Shown here: positions 10,283 to 20,901 of the stretch, piece after piece | Numbering within the stretch: position 1 is the stretch's first letter | How the letters are laid out: every line of letters begins with the position of its first letter | Assembly: GCA_039802265.1 (NCBI GenBank) | Contig: JBDRWI010000006.1 | Coordinates: forward strand, 1-54,968 | Direction: 5' to 3' | Origin: a candidate division WOR-3 bacterium | GTDB taxonomy: Bacteria; Hydrothermota; Tepidihabitantia; SM23-42; JAOAFX01 | DNA: 54,968 nucleotides | Program-made: the position numbers and the translations under genes | The notes under the pieces: model-generated | What the model saw: only the letters and a program-made list of their open reading frames with translations | What the model was told of the DNA's origin: nothing | The model's database searches: none

Positions 10283-12139
10283 TTATTCTATTATTACAAA
10301 TTTTTTCGTCCGGTCTTGATATCTTAAAAAATAGACCCCGGCCGCGGATGGTCTATAATTCAGATAATCGGCCTTCCATTCATCCAGTAAACGGCCCGTA
10401 ACATCAAAGACTTTTATAATTTGTTTATCTTTTAACCTCAAGATTATTCTTCGCGCAACACTCGTTGTCAAATCGGTTTGGGTATGTGCGCTGGACAGCT
10501 CAAATACCGGTGTAACGATATTCTTCTGGATTATCCAGTTCTGGGGGTCAACTACAACCTGCATGGGTTCTTGAGTTAATAGAAATTCAAAGTGCTGGGG
10601 TGAGGAATCAATTGCGAGGGTCAGGATTGTATCACCCGCCGAAAAATTAATACCCAGAGGTAAAGGCATATGGAAGACCGCCGGTCCTATCGTCTGAATC
10701 TGGGTAATGTCTAAAATCAGGCGCCAGTTGGGTGACTCATAAATTTTATTCCACAGGATACTGTAATAGGGATAGCCCATCTGATAGACCCACTCATCAA
10801 AGAACCAGGTATAATCTCCATTCAAAACCTGATTGGTTATTCTCTTTAAATCATCGGTTGAGGCATTCTTATAGGCAAATGAATCACGGTAAGTTGATAA
10901 GAGATTCAACCATACACTATCATTACTACAGAGATATCTAATCATATGCAGGACCCAACTGCCCTTACAATAACTGTGCCCCCAGGAAAAGATTTGATTA
11001 GGTGGTGGGTCGTAGATTGGATGCGGATTTGATGCCTCGGCTGAGAAATAGGCATTTCTGCGCCCAAGCATGGTATTTATGAATACCTGATGTCCCTCCC
11101 GCTTTTCAAGATATAATGCATCACAATATGTGGCAAATCCTTCATTCAGCCAGACATTTGCCCAGCCAAAACAGGTAATCATATCGCCCCACCACTGATG
11201 GGAAAGTTCATGCGCCATTCCATAAAAATTACCCTGAATTATCCACTGCCGTAAAATTGTACTCGTTGTCTGGTGTTCCATACCTCCGTAATAAAACGGT
11301 GAAACCACATCCATCCCGTATCTTTCAAAGGGATACGCACCAAATAGTGAATCATAGAATTCAAGCATATCCGTGGTCAGGGAGAAGGCATTTGTGGTAT
11401 AGACAGAGTCTTCGGGCCAGAAATAGTATTTTATCTCTAAGCTTTCATCTGGTGCTGAATGATACCAATCCGAATATGTGGTAAAGATACTTGATGCAAA
11501 GTGAATCAAGTAAGGGGAAATTGGATAGTTATGGCGCCAGTGATATGTTGCATAACCCTGCTGGACGGTCTTTCCTAAAAATTCACCCGTGGCGCAGACA
11601 GTAAAAGATTCGGGAACAGTAATATAAAATTCCACACCGTAATCTGCCTTATCCCACAATGCATCATAACAGGGCAACCAGTTCTTTTCGGCAAATGGAC
11701 AGCCTAAGGTGTAAGAAATTGGATGGAGGCTCTGATACCACAGATACCCCATGCTGCCGGTTGCGGTGCCGCTATAACCGACCATTACATTGAATGAATC
11801 CCCTTGATTATAGACCTGGGGAAGGTTTATCCAGAGGGTCTCACCAATATGATTGTAAGTTGCCATAATTCCATCTACCCTCACCGAGTCAACACCAAGT
11901 CCCAAAAGATATAAATCAATCCGATTTAAATTATTGATATTGCTTCGCATTGCAATAGTTACTGCACCGGAAAGATACCGAGAATTCATCGGCAGGTCAA
12001 GGTCAATAAGATAATGAAGGACATTATAGGAATGGGTTGACTCGGCACGCACCGGTTTCGGATAAAAAACCTGCTTATTTTCAAATTCCACTGGAATTTG
12101 AAAGAATAACGCTAACTGAAAGTAAATTATAAAATTCAT
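10283..12139 (-). CDS. Secreted M1 family aminopeptidase with short CTD
   Basis: GGMEH; HELSH-x18-E (WLNEGFATY); tail 'KVFDVTGRL...AGVYFL...KKFVII'. Confidence 0.9.
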   Translation of the reverse strand: MNFIIYFQLALFFQIPVEFENKQVFYPKPVRAESTHSYNVLHYLIDLDLPMNSRYLSGAVTIAMRSNINNLNRIDLYLLGLGVDSVRVDGIMATYNHIGETLWINLPQVYNQGDSFNVMVGYSGTATGSMGYLWYQSLHPISYTLGCPFAEKNWLPCYDALWDKADYGVEFYITVPESFTVCATGEFLGKTVQQGYATYHWRHNYPISPYLIHFASSIFTTYSDWYHSAPDESLEIKYYFWPEDSVYTTNAFSLTTDMLEFYDSLFGAYPFERYGMDVVSPFYYGGMEHQTTSTILRQWIIQGNFYGMAHELSHQWWGDMITCFGWANVWLNEGFATYCDALYLEKREGHQVFINTMLGRRNAYFSAEASNPHPIYDPPPNQIFSWGHSYCKGSWVLHMIRYLCSNDSVWLNLLSTYRDSFAYKNASTDDLKRITNQVLNGDYTWFFDEWVYQMGYPYYSILWNKIYESPNWRLILDITQIQTIGPAVFHMPLPLGINFSAGDTILTLAIDSSPQHFEFLLTQEPMQVVVDPQNWIIQKNIVTPVFELSSAHTQTDLTTSVARRIILRLKDKQIIKVFDVTGRLLDEWKADYLNYRPSAAGVYFLRYQDRTKKFVIIE

Positions 12140-12147
12140 AACTACCT

Positions 12148-12975
12148 CTATTTACTACACATTACTAAAATCAGCTCCCGGAGTATATCAGCGACAGTTG
12201 AACCCGATGCCCATGGCGATGTGGCAAGCGGGTTAAATTCAACAATATCCGCACCGATTATCTTTTTGACCCTGAAAAGTAAGAGGGCTTCAATGAGCTC
12301 CCGGAAGGAAATTCCGCCGGGTTCGGGTGTAGCAACTGCTGGGCATTGACTGGGGTCAAGGACATCAACATCAATTGTTAGATAGAACGGCTCCGGTATT
12401 TGATCCAGAATTTTCTTTAAGGGTCTATAGACTTCAAATGGATAGAGATTTTTATTCAATTTGAACTCCTCTTCAGTACCCGAGCGTATTCCAAATTGAT
12501 AAATGTGCTTCAAATCAATTATATCGGCAACTCTACGGATTGCGGTGGCGTGGCAGACTCTTTCACCGTGTAGTTCATCACGCAAATCTGCATGGGCATC
12601 AAAATGGATAATCGAAAATTTTTTCACCAGACTTTTTATCCCCTTTATGACCGGGAAGGTGATGGTGTGTTCACCACCGAGGAAGACTGCGGTCTTTTTC
12701 TTCTGGTAGATTTTAAAGACCTCTCTTTCTATTTCTTTCTGGTAATCTTCGGTAGTGAATTCATAATCGCCAAGGTCACAGATTCTGTTTGAATCGAGCG
12801 AACGATTTTGATATGGTGAGAACCATTCAATATTCTCCGTGCAGATTCTGATATAGCGCGGGCCCAATCTTGAACCAGGGATAAAAGACGATGTCCGGTC
12901 ATAGGGTATCCCCATAATTACAATCTGGGCATTTTTAAAGGATGCATTTGCATATTCTATTTTTCCCAGGGTCAT
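12148..12975 (-). CDS. speB: Agmatinase
   Basis: GSRLGP; GGEHT; HFDAHADLR; DVDVLDP; TPEPGG. Confidence 0.9.
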   Translation of the reverse strand: MTLGKIEYANASFKNAQIVIMGIPYDRTSSFIPGSRLGPRYIRICTENIEWFSPYQNRSLDSNRICDLGDYEFTTEDYQKEIEREVFKIYQKKKTAVFLGGEHTITFPVIKGIKSLVKKFSIIHFDAHADLRDELHGERVCHATAIRRVADIIDLKHIYQFGIRSGTEEEFKLNKNLYPFEVYRPLKKILDQIPEPFYLTIDVDVLDPSQCPAVATPEPGGISFRELIEALLLFRVKKIIGADIVEFNPLATSPWASGSTVADILRELILVMCSK

Positions 12976-12980
12976 TTTAT

Positions 12981-13727
12981 CTACGCTGCCTCTGCATAAC
13001 CAAGTGCGCCAGCCATGGTGATTGCTTCATCCGGGCAGACTTCAAAGCATCGACCGCACCCAATACACCTATTTTTTTGAACAATATGCCGTTTATTTGG
13101 TGTGCCTTCTATAGCGCCAAACTGGCAGACCTTAATACACTCTCCGCACCCGGTGCATTTGGATGAGATGATCGCATAAGGCCTCGCCTTGACCCGGTCA
13201 ATGAATACACCCTGTGGGCACTTATGGACGCAGATACCGCAGGAATTACATCTTTCAATATCAATCTGTATGAGATTATCCGCTATTCTTATTGCCCCAT
13301 AGGGACAGGACTCAATACATATCCCACAGCCAGTGCATGCCTTATCGCACAGAGTTATGTTTTCTTCTTTGTCATTTAGCAGTAGACTGCAGGCAAAGAA
13401 GACAAATTGTGAATTCGGGAGTAATTTCAAAATTCCCTTTGGACATTCTTTTACACAATTACCACAGCCATTACACTTCTTGGGGTCAATCACCGGTATT
13501 TTCTCTTTCATCTCTATTGCCCCGCTGGGACAGACCCTTACACAACTTCCATAACCGAGGCAGCCATAAGGACATTCCTTGTCGCCCCCGAAGAGGAGAA
13601 AATTGAACCAGCAATCGGTTGGCCCCCAATATTCAAACTTCTCTTTCGCCACACCATGCTTCCCCTGGCAGGCTAATATGCAGAGCGGTTCGCTATCCTG
13701 ATGGGAAATCTTTACGGAATTCTTCAC
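12981..13727 (-). CDS. RnfB-like polyferredoxin (multiple 4Fe-4S clusters)
   Basis: GGDKECPYGCLGYGSCVRVCP (RnfB core) followed by five more CxxCxxCxxxC(P) motifs; no N-terminal TM. Confidence 0.8.
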   Translation of the reverse strand: MKNSVKISHQDSEPLCILACQGKHGVAKEKFEYWGPTDCWFNFLLFGGDKECPYGCLGYGSCVRVCPSGAIEMKEKIPVIDPKKCNGCGNCVKECPKGILKLLPNSQFVFFACSLLLNDKEENITLCDKACTGCGICIESCPYGAIRIADNLIQIDIERCNSCGICVHKCPQGVFIDRVKARPYAIISSKCTGCGECIKVCQFGAIEGTPNKRHIVQKNRCIGCGRCFEVCPDEAITMAGALGYAEAA

Positions 13728-14020
13728 AGGTCCTTGATCAATTCCAGAAATCGCTTATATGGTATTGCGGTCCAGGATTCAGCGGCAACTGCACCGCCGG
13801 AAAGGCTTATCATTGAGACCTTGGCCGCGGTCTCTTCATTAGGTGCCTCATAGATATCTAAAAAATCATAGGGACCGAGCAAGGCATAATGGGCAAGGAA
13901 TTTTACCTCCGGGCAGTCCCTTTTCACTCGCTCCATCCATTGGCGACCGATTTCCGCCCTTTTTTTGAGGTCCTTGGTCAATTCTGGAGATAGTTTTGTA
14001 ACCAGGATATATGTTGCCAT
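13724..14020 (-). CDS. GYD domain protein
   Basis: MATYILVTKL...YALLGPYDFLDIYEAPNEETA; SD GGAGG before ATG 14020 (alternative ATG at 14032). Confidence 0.85.
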   Translation of the reverse strand: MATYILVTKLSPELTKDLKKRAEIGRQWMERVKRDCPEVKFLAHYALLGPYDFLDIYEAPNEETAAKVSMISLSGGAVAAESWTAIPYKRFLELIKDL

Positions 14021-14039
14021 TTTTGCCTCCATTAAAATA

Positions 14040-14067
14040 ATTATAGTCTAAAATTTGTGAAAGTCAA
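14040..14067 (-). promoter_or_regulatory. Promoter TTGACT-N16-TATAAT
   Basis: Reverse-complement hexamers at 14062-14067 and 14040-14045. Confidence 0.7.
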
Positions 14068-14072
14068 CAATA

Positions 14073-16148
14073 TCACAAATTCGTTATTCGTGCTCCGAGT
14101 TCTTTAAACAATTCCATTGTGTGATTATCCGATGTAAAATACAATACCTGATTTCCTTCACTGACAAACTTCTTCAATAGTTCTACTAAACGCTCTCGGC
14201 GGATCCAGTCGGCAAAGATAAAGGCATCGTCAAGGATAATAAAGGTGCCTTCGGGATATAATCTCTTCAGGGCAGCCAGTCTGAAACACAACATTAACTG
14301 ATCTTTGGCACCGCTTGAGAGCTCGCCACTAAAAAATTCTTTGCCGTCTTCATCAATGGCAACAAAATCTCTGTTAACTATCTTTACTGCGTTATACCTC
14401 TGGGTGACAAATTTGAAATAATCACTCAGACTTTCATTGCCCTGTAATACATCATCTATAAATATATCAAGTTCATTACTCATTGAATTTAATATCTCTT
14501 CAGCCTTTAGCGCTGCATTCTTTTCCAGTTCATAATTCTTCAGGCGCTTTTCCACCTCAGCAAGCTCATGGAATGCAAAACCCGGATTTGCAATATCAAA
14601 ACTTTTTTTATTCAACTCCTCAAACAGTCTGATTTCATTTGAAATTCCCCTTATTGATTCCTCAATATCCCTGACTTTTTTCTCCACCTCATCAATTCTT
14701 GATATATCATATTCTCTTTCCGGTGGCTCTACCCTTCTTTCCTCAATGAGTCCAGCCCATTTTGTTACATCCTTTTCTGCGAGAATATTAAAAATTCGGG
14801 CATAAATACCTTCAATCCTCTTCTTCACCTCTTCTTTTTCTATTAACTTTTGTTTCAACTGTTCAATCGTGGCACAACCGGTCTTCTGGCGCAAAGATTC
14901 TATCTCCGCATCAATCTCTTCAATGTTTTTCATTTTCTGAGATTTTTCCAGTTGCTCCTTCTTTGCATCAATCAGGGTCTGCAGTTTAATCTTATTGTCT
15001 GATAAGTCATCAACTGCTTTTCTCAATTGGTCAATTGTCTCAACCTCCGGGAACTGAATTTGTGCCTTGGCAATCCACTCCTGTTTTTTAAGCTCTATCT
15101 TTCTTATTGACATCTTTCTGTAGTAGACTATAAAAAGAGCAACAACACTCGCCAGAAAAAGGGCAAATGGAGCAGAGAGGGTAAATCCGATTTTAAAGGA
15201 AAGGATAAGTACAATAAATCCAAGTAAAAAAAACAAAAAGGGGTAAAATAGAGTTGGCTCTGCTTGCGGCTCTTTTAAATTTGTGAGGTATTCGTAAAAT
15301 CCTTGATTCTGAATGAATCTTTGTTTTGTTTCTATCTCTTTCATCTGGTTTTCTAATTCACTGATTTCAGCCTGTAATTCTTTTTGATTCTGTGTAATGA
15401 AGATAAGCCCTTTCTTCTCCGCTTCGAGGTGTTGCCATCTTTTATAAAATTCATCCTCATAACGGTCATACAGCGATAGGCGACTCTTACAGTCAAGGTA
15501 TTCACCATGGAGTGCCTTCAATTCCTGATAGACTGAATATTTCTTGGCAATTTGCATATTGTTCAACTCTTCTTTCAAGTTTTTATATTCTTCATTCAAT
15601 CTTACCAGATTTTGATATTTTCGCTCTATTTCATTCTGCTCTTTTATATACCTCTGCAGTTCTTCTCTGTTTTGTATATCTTTCTCAATTATTTGTCTCT
15701 TCTCCGGCTTCCAGTCGTCGCGTTTGGGAAAATAACCAATCTTTTCTCTGATCTTCTGTGCCAGTTCAGCAAAGGAAAATTTACCTTCGGTCTGGCTGAG
15801 CAGGAGTTTAATGGCATCCCAGAATTGAACCTGCTTATTTTTATCATAAATTGCTGAATCACTCGCAACGACATACATCAGGCGACTGACCTCAGGTGAG
15901 GTAAAAATATTACAGGGTTTCTTCGCGAAAATGGTGTGAACCTTACCATCCTTTTCAAGTTCAATTACTAACCCTTCTGGTTTTCCATAGCGGGGGGAAG
16001 ACATTCGGAAAAGATAATAGCCAAGCGCCTCAACCAGCGCGGTCTTACCCCGTTCGTTCAAGCCAAATATCAGTTCAAACTTTTCACAGGATAAAGAAAA
16101 TTTTTTTATTGGACCATAATTTTCTAAGTTGAACGACTTTATCTTCAC
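14073..16148 (-). CDS. SbcC/Rad50-like (YhaN-type) SMC ATPase with central TM pair
   Basis: Walker A GLNERGKT; coiled coils; signature LSSGAKDQL; Walker B ILDDAF. Confidence 0.82.
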   Translation of the reverse strand: MKIKSFNLENYGPIKKFSLSCEKFELIFGLNERGKTALVEALGYYLFRMSSPRYGKPEGLVIELEKDGKVHTIFAKKPCNIFTSPEVSRLMYVVASDSAIYDKNKQVQFWDAIKLLLSQTEGKFSFAELAQKIREKIGYFPKRDDWKPEKRQIIEKDIQNREELQRYIKEQNEIERKYQNLVRLNEEYKNLKEELNNMQIAKKYSVYQELKALHGEYLDCKSRLSLYDRYEDEFYKRWQHLEAEKKGLIFITQNQKELQAEISELENQMKEIETKQRFIQNQGFYEYLTNLKEPQAEPTLFYPFLFFLLGFIVLILSFKIGFTLSAPFALFLASVVALFIVYYRKMSIRKIELKKQEWIAKAQIQFPEVETIDQLRKAVDDLSDNKIKLQTLIDAKKEQLEKSQKMKNIEEIDAEIESLRQKTGCATIEQLKQKLIEKEEVKKRIEGIYARIFNILAEKDVTKWAGLIEERRVEPPEREYDISRIDEVEKKVRDIEESIRGISNEIRLFEELNKKSFDIANPGFAFHELAEVEKRLKNYELEKNAALKAEEILNSMSNELDIFIDDVLQGNESLSDYFKFVTQRYNAVKIVNRDFVAIDEDGKEFFSGELSSGAKDQLMLCFRLAALKRLYPEGTFIILDDAFIFADWIRRERLVELLKKFVSEGNQVLYFTSDNHTMELFKELGARITNL

Positions 16149-17185
16149 TCTCTTAAATCGTTGAAGACCGGTAAGGCAATCTCAAATATCTTCATTCTCA
16201 ACTCATCCGGGAGTCCCTGCGTTCTTTCTACAAATCTCTTAACGAGAGTATGCCTTAAAATCTTATCCCAGGCAGTGATCTCATCGGAGACGATATTAAA
16301 ATCAGAAAAAATACCAGCAAATTTATCCTTGATCTTTAGCAGTCTATGAAGAAATTCCTTCTCGCCGGTGGATATAAATCCTTTTACAATAATAAAGGGC
16401 ATTACCCTTTTATCTAATCTTTGAATATCCTCCTCTATGGTGGAGAAGATACTTGCCTCAATCTCAGGGAAGACAAAATATTCCATCACCTGCCAGTATG
16501 GTGCAATCTCCACTTCCAGCGGCTGGACTTTAATTTTGTCTTTATCTAACTCAATATACACTACAACCCTTTGACTTGCGCATTTTGTGCTCAAGGCAAT
16601 GGGCGAACCAGGATAAACAATTTTGGTCCGAGCATAGTTTTTTTCTAAATACTGTGTATGGAAATGCCCGAACGCCACATAACGGGCCAAGTTCTCAAGA
16701 CTTGATGGATAGATGGGAAGATATTCAATCCTTTCTGCAGTTAAGATTTGGCTGAATGAATCGTCCAGCAGTGTACCGTGGACAATGGCAAGGTCAAGGC
16801 CCCCGGATAAGTCTTTTATACACTCGGTAAATTTCATATTTTGATACGGGATACCACAGATTTTCAAAGGACCGATATCTAATATTTGATATGGCTTCTC
16901 AATCAATTGCCGGACATTCTTACCGTAATCATATTTTAAGTCGTAAGATTTTTCATCGTGGTTGCCGGGAATGATTAAGACCTCAGCATTTATCTTTTCT
17001 AAGAGATTTTTCACCTTCGGCCGTAAAACTGTAGCATCAGTATCGGACTCAAAGAGGTCGCCGGCGATGATTAGGTAATCAATATCAAGTTCATTTGCCT
17101 TTTCAATAATCCAGTTCAGGACATTAAGTCTTGTAGCGTCGTCCCGGGTTAGATGTAAGTCTGATGTATGTAAAAATCTTGTCAT
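16145..17185 (-). CDS. SbcD/Mre11-like metallophosphoesterase nuclease
   Basis: HTSDLH; AGDLF; PGNHD; VHG; FGHFH; YPGSP; 4-bp overlap with the ATPase gene. Confidence 0.87.
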   Translation of the reverse strand: MTRFLHTSDLHLTRDDATRLNVLNWIIEKANELDIDYLIIAGDLFESDTDATVLRPKVKNLLEKINAEVLIIPGNHDEKSYDLKYDYGKNVRQLIEKPYQILDIGPLKICGIPYQNMKFTECIKDLSGGLDLAIVHGTLLDDSFSQILTAERIEYLPIYPSSLENLARYVAFGHFHTQYLEKNYARTKIVYPGSPIALSTKCASQRVVVYIELDKDKIKVQPLEVEIAPYWQVMEYFVFPEIEASIFSTIEEDIQRLDKRVMPFIIVKGFISTGEKEFLHRLLKIKDKFAGIFSDFNIVSDEITAWDKILRHTLVKRFVERTQGLPDELRMKIFEIALPVFNDLRE

Positions 17186-17202
17186 ATATTTTGAGGAGAG
17201 GT

Positions 17203-18177
17203 CTATTCCAATTTTACCCCGAAATCTCCTTTTACTACTTCGCCGATAACCAGGGGTTTCAATGACTTGAAGTATCTTAAATTATGGGGAGGAATTATTA
17301 CAACCATTCCAATACCCATATTGAATACCCGATACATCTCCTCTTCAGGAACCCGACCGAGTTTCTGGATTAATCTGAAGATCGCCGGAACCCGCCAGGA
17401 TTTTTTCCGGACAACGGCTGAAACGCCTGGAGGTAAAATCCGGGCGATATTATCATAAAATCCACCACCCGTGATGTGGGCAAGGCCGTGAATGTATCTA
17501 AATCTTGGTTCCAGTACTCGGCGATAGCAGAGGTGAACCTTCAATAACTCTTCACCGATAGTGCACTTGAGTTCCGGGATATAAGAAGAGAAACTGTATT
17601 TCATCAATAACACCTTCCGCGCCAGGGAATAGCCATTGGTATGAAGACCCGATGATTTTAAGCCAAGAAGAATATCGCCCGGAGTAATCACCTCTGGGTT
17701 GATATACTCTTTTTTATTCACCACCCCAACAATAAAACCCGCCAGGTCATATACCCCTTTTGGATAAAATCTTGCAAGTTGCGCCGTCTCTCCCCCGACC
17801 AGAACAACCCTTTCTTTCTTACAGGCAACAACCAATCCCTTTACAATATCCATTAAAATATTTCTGTTGATCTCGGAGAACGCAATATAATCCATAAAGA
17901 ATAGCGGCCGGGCACCGGTTGTAAGGATATCATTTATACAGTGATTCACAATATCCATTCCAATCGTCTCGTGCCTGCCCATACCACAGGCAACAAGTAT
18001 CTTTGTACCTACTCCATCAACACTACTAACCAGGTATTCATCACGATAAGGATAAATCCCTCCGAAGAGACCAAATGCCGAATCACGCTTTTGGAAAGTC
18101 TTTACCACCTGACTGCCGATTCCTTTTTTTATCAGGTTCAGTTTATCAATATTTACGCCGGCATCTTTGTAAAGCAT
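17203..18177 (-). CDS. purM: Phosphoribosylformylglycinamidine cyclo-ligase (AIR synthase)
   Basis: YKDAGVNI; DGVGTK; GGETA; SSGLHTNGYSL; HITGGG; FNMGIGM. Confidence 0.96.
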   Translation of the reverse strand: MLYKDAGVNIDKLNLIKKGIGSQVVKTFQKRDSAFGLFGGIYPYRDEYLVSSVDGVGTKILVACGMGRHETIGMDIVNHCINDILTTGARPLFFMDYIAFSEINRNILMDIVKGLVVACKKERVVLVGGETAQLARFYPKGVYDLAGFIVGVVNKKEYINPEVITPGDILLGLKSSGLHTNGYSLARKVLLMKYSFSSYIPELKCTIGEELLKVHLCYRRVLEPRFRYIHGLAHITGGGFYDNIARILPPGVSAVVRKKSWRVPAIFRLIQKLGRVPEEEMYRVFNMGIGMVVIIPPHNLRYFKSLKPLVIGEVVKGDFGVKLE

Positions 18178-18187
18178 AGTTCATTGG

Positions 18188-19156
18188 TTATTTTTCAAAG
18201 ATATTTTTTGTTTCTTGCACTGAGGGAAGACGATTGTAGCGGTAGAAGAAGATTTTCTGAAAGTCTTCATAATTTTCCAAATTTTCTTCATCTATCTTCC
18301 AGATTGTGAATTTAAACTTGCCCGAAAAGAGATTACCCATATAAAATTCAGCAATTAGAATGCCCACAACTATCAGAATCATTAGCGGAACCTTCAGAAA
18401 TTTTAGGGAGACTTCTTTTTTAGGTTTGACCTGTTTTAAGACCGGTTTCGCATAACAGAGTTCAATCTGACCGGTGGTCAATAGGTGATAGAGAGCGGAA
18501 TAGGTATGGAACCTACCCAGACCCGAGATCTCAATCAGGTCATCAACACTCCGATGGCCATCCAGTAATGACAGAACGCGTAATTCATCATCTGGGAGTT
18601 TCAATTTCAACTCCGGCCGATCAACCTTTTTATAGACCAGATCACCGGAAGGTATATTCTTGACGATTCTCGGCCATTCATCCATTCTCCTTGCTGCTTC
18701 AAAAACCAAACCCGTGGTATCCATTCTTATTTTAATCATACTTTTAGGATAGATGATAGAACCCTGTTCAAATTTGAATTCGCCTTCCTGCCAGGTGAAT
18801 ACCTCATCCACAACTTCCTGGATCTTGAATTTTATAATCCTTTCAATTTCCTCAACGGTTAGATACTTATCTTCAATTATGATATTCATTATCGGTCTTT
18901 TAGTCTCCTGATGAATTTCCTGAATCATATCAAAGAGATTCTTCTTTATGATGCCGGATTTAACCAGATAGTTTTCTAAGCGCTCGGTCTTTTCACCCCG
19001 TTCATAAAAGGCACCGGTAACAAGACCATCAATAAAGCCAATGTCAACAATTTCGTTTTTCTTCTTTATCTTCAAAACCCCGGTCAGTTTCTCCTGCGCA
19101 ATGAGTTGCAGGATGCTTGCCAGATTGATACTTTTTAAATCTCCCTCAATCGGCAT
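18188..19156 (-). CDS. DUF4388 (PatA-N) domain protein with C-terminal TM
   Basis: IEGDLKSINLASILQLIAQEKLTGVL; F.WQEGEFKF; EAARRMDEW; LDGHRSV. Confidence 0.85.
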   Translation of the reverse strand: MPIEGDLKSINLASILQLIAQEKLTGVLKIKKKNEIVDIGFIDGLVTGAFYERGEKTERLENYLVKSGIIKKNLFDMIQEIHQETKRPIMNIIIEDKYLTVEEIERIIKFKIQEVVDEVFTWQEGEFKFEQGSIIYPKSMIKIRMDTTGLVFEAARRMDEWPRIVKNIPSGDLVYKKVDRPELKLKLPDDELRVLSLLDGHRSVDDLIEISGLGRFHTYSALYHLLTTGQIELCYAKPVLKQVKPKKEVSLKFLKVPLMILIVVGILIAEFYMGNLFSGKFKFTIWKIDEENLENYEDFQKIFFYRYNRLPSVQETKNIFEK

Positions 19157-20867
19157 AATCACCCCTTAAGAGTAGAAAAGAGAAGAGGTAGCAGAAGAAG
19201 AGAATTGTAGCGCTGATGCTCAAAAGAATTGGTGTCAGGGGCAAGGCGAGCCAGCCCGCGGGTTTTATAAAATAACTTTTAAATAGGAAGGGCAGATAGG
19301 CGGTAACGGTGAAAAAGGCGATAAAAAGCCCCAATAGATTTTTGCCTTTATAGATCAGTCCGGCACCGGGTAGAATGAAGTTAAATATTATTGTCAAAAG
19401 TTTGCGCAATAAGATTCGGGTTCGGCTTAATGAATCTCTCAATTCTTCTTCAATATCCTTGCTTTTTGTTGACTTCAACCTGCCAAAGCATTCTTTACAG
19501 AACCATTCTTCACCCAGTCCTTCTAAGCAAGTTGGACAAACTGGTTTACCACAGATGGGACAGTAATAGGGACGGGCAAACTTCCAAGGTAGGAAAGACA
19601 AAAGAAAAATTGCTGAAAATAAAAGCAGATAGGGCAGTTTAATCGGTCCATTAAGATTAAATTTTTTATCCAGAAGGAGATTATAAAATTCTTTATTAGA
19701 AGGTTTAATATCTATCGGTTCTTTACCGGTACTGGTAAACCCTCGTTTCCTTGCCTCTTCCATATATTCTCCGGCCAGAAAATACTCAAGTTTTTTAAGT
19801 TTGGCAAGCCCCAGGTTAAAATATGGTTCTCCCCTTGTTCCGCACAATGCCTGTTGATAAAGTTCTTCTGCCTTCTCAAGTTCATCGTATAAAAAGTATA
19901 AATTGGCAAGATTGTTTATTATTGCTTCACTACGGATTTTTTGGTTGTAGTAAATGTCTTCGTATAAAGAAAGTGCCTGGTCAAAATTACGCTGTTTCTT
20001 CAAGGCATAGGCAATGATTTCCGCTTCTTCTTTTGTTTTAGGATTGGTTATCCTGACTTCGCTATCATAGGAAGCCATCCGGTATAACTGATATACTCTA
20101 TCTTCGCCCTTTAGGAATTTAAAGAAACTATTGGTGGGAATAAAGATGGAAAATAAAATTATTAGTAAAAGGAGTACCCTATACCAATTTTTTTCAGCTT
20201 TATTAAAGAAAAGATTCAAGATAATACCATATATAATAAAGGCTAAAAAGATGTTTCGGAAAATAAGAACCGGTGCCAGAAGGCATGCCATTATGATTAT
20301 TCCCTTCAAACTATTATGGGGTAATGGGTCAAGGCGATGGCTTATAACCGGTAGATAGTGAATGAATTTAACAATTAAGAATACAAATCCCAAAACAAAC
20401 AAGCCGAGCACAAGGATAATGGTGAAATTTCCGATAAAAAATATCTGATTGCGGAAATCGGAAAAAACTGGTAAGGCGAAGGCATCTTTAAAATGGTTCA
20501 AATCGCGCTGCAAAAATCCCACCGAAATAAGAGAAAGGAAGTTCTCTACTGAGACTGAATCAAAATGAATTGCCAATCTGAGTTTTGCCGATTTTTCTCT
20601 CGTATCTTTCGTCTCTTTTGCCTCCCATCTCAACACCCCGGAGAGATGGAAATTTCTGGGGATTGAGATATTCTTCAATAGAGAATCAGCCTTTGAATCA
20701 TCGCTCTTGCTGCGCCAGAACCAAAGGATAATCGGATTTCCACTGAATTCATCAATTTTAATATTACCCCGCGCAAGATTCACAAAGATTGATTCACTCT
20801 TTGGAGAATTTATGAATTCCCGGTATTCCGTCGTGAAATTAATATAAAGGAATAGTACAAGCAGCAT
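19146..20867 (-). CDS. Multi-pass membrane protein with TPR repeats and a Cys-rich zinc finger
   Basis: Several TM helices; TPR 'NNLANLYF...YFNLGLA'; CPICGKPVCPTC...CKEC. Confidence 0.7.
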   Translation of the reverse strand: MLLVLFLYINFTTEYREFINSPKSESIFVNLARGNIKIDEFSGNPIILWFWRSKSDDSKADSLLKNISIPRNFHLSGVLRWEAKETKDTREKSAKLRLAIHFDSVSVENFLSLISVGFLQRDLNHFKDAFALPVFSDFRNQIFFIGNFTIILVLGLFVLGFVFLIVKFIHYLPVISHRLDPLPHNSLKGIIIMACLLAPVLIFRNIFLAFIIYGIILNLFFNKAEKNWYRVLLLLIILFSIFIPTNSFFKFLKGEDRVYQLYRMASYDSEVRITNPKTKEEAEIIAYALKKQRNFDQALSLYEDIYYNQKIRSEAIINNLANLYFLYDELEKAEELYQQALCGTRGEPYFNLGLAKLKKLEYFLAGEYMEEARKRGFTSTGKEPIDIKPSNKEFYNLLLDKKFNLNGPIKLPYLLLFSAIFLLSFLPWKFARPYYCPICGKPVCPTCLEGLGEEWFCKECFGRLKSTKSKDIEEELRDSLSRTRILLRKLLTIIFNFILPGAGLIYKGKNLLGLFIAFFTVTAYLPFLFKSYFIKPAGWLALPLTPILLSISATILFFCYLFSFLLLRGDYAD

Positions 20868-20873
20868 AAGTCT

Positions 20874-20901
20874 ATTATATAATAATCCGTTGAGTTGTCA
20901 A
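20874..20901 (-). promoter_or_regulatory. Promoter TTGACA-N16-TATAAT, 6 nt before the ATG (leaderless)
   Basis: Reverse complement reads ttgaca-actcaacggattatta-tataat-agactt-ATG. Confidence 0.8.
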
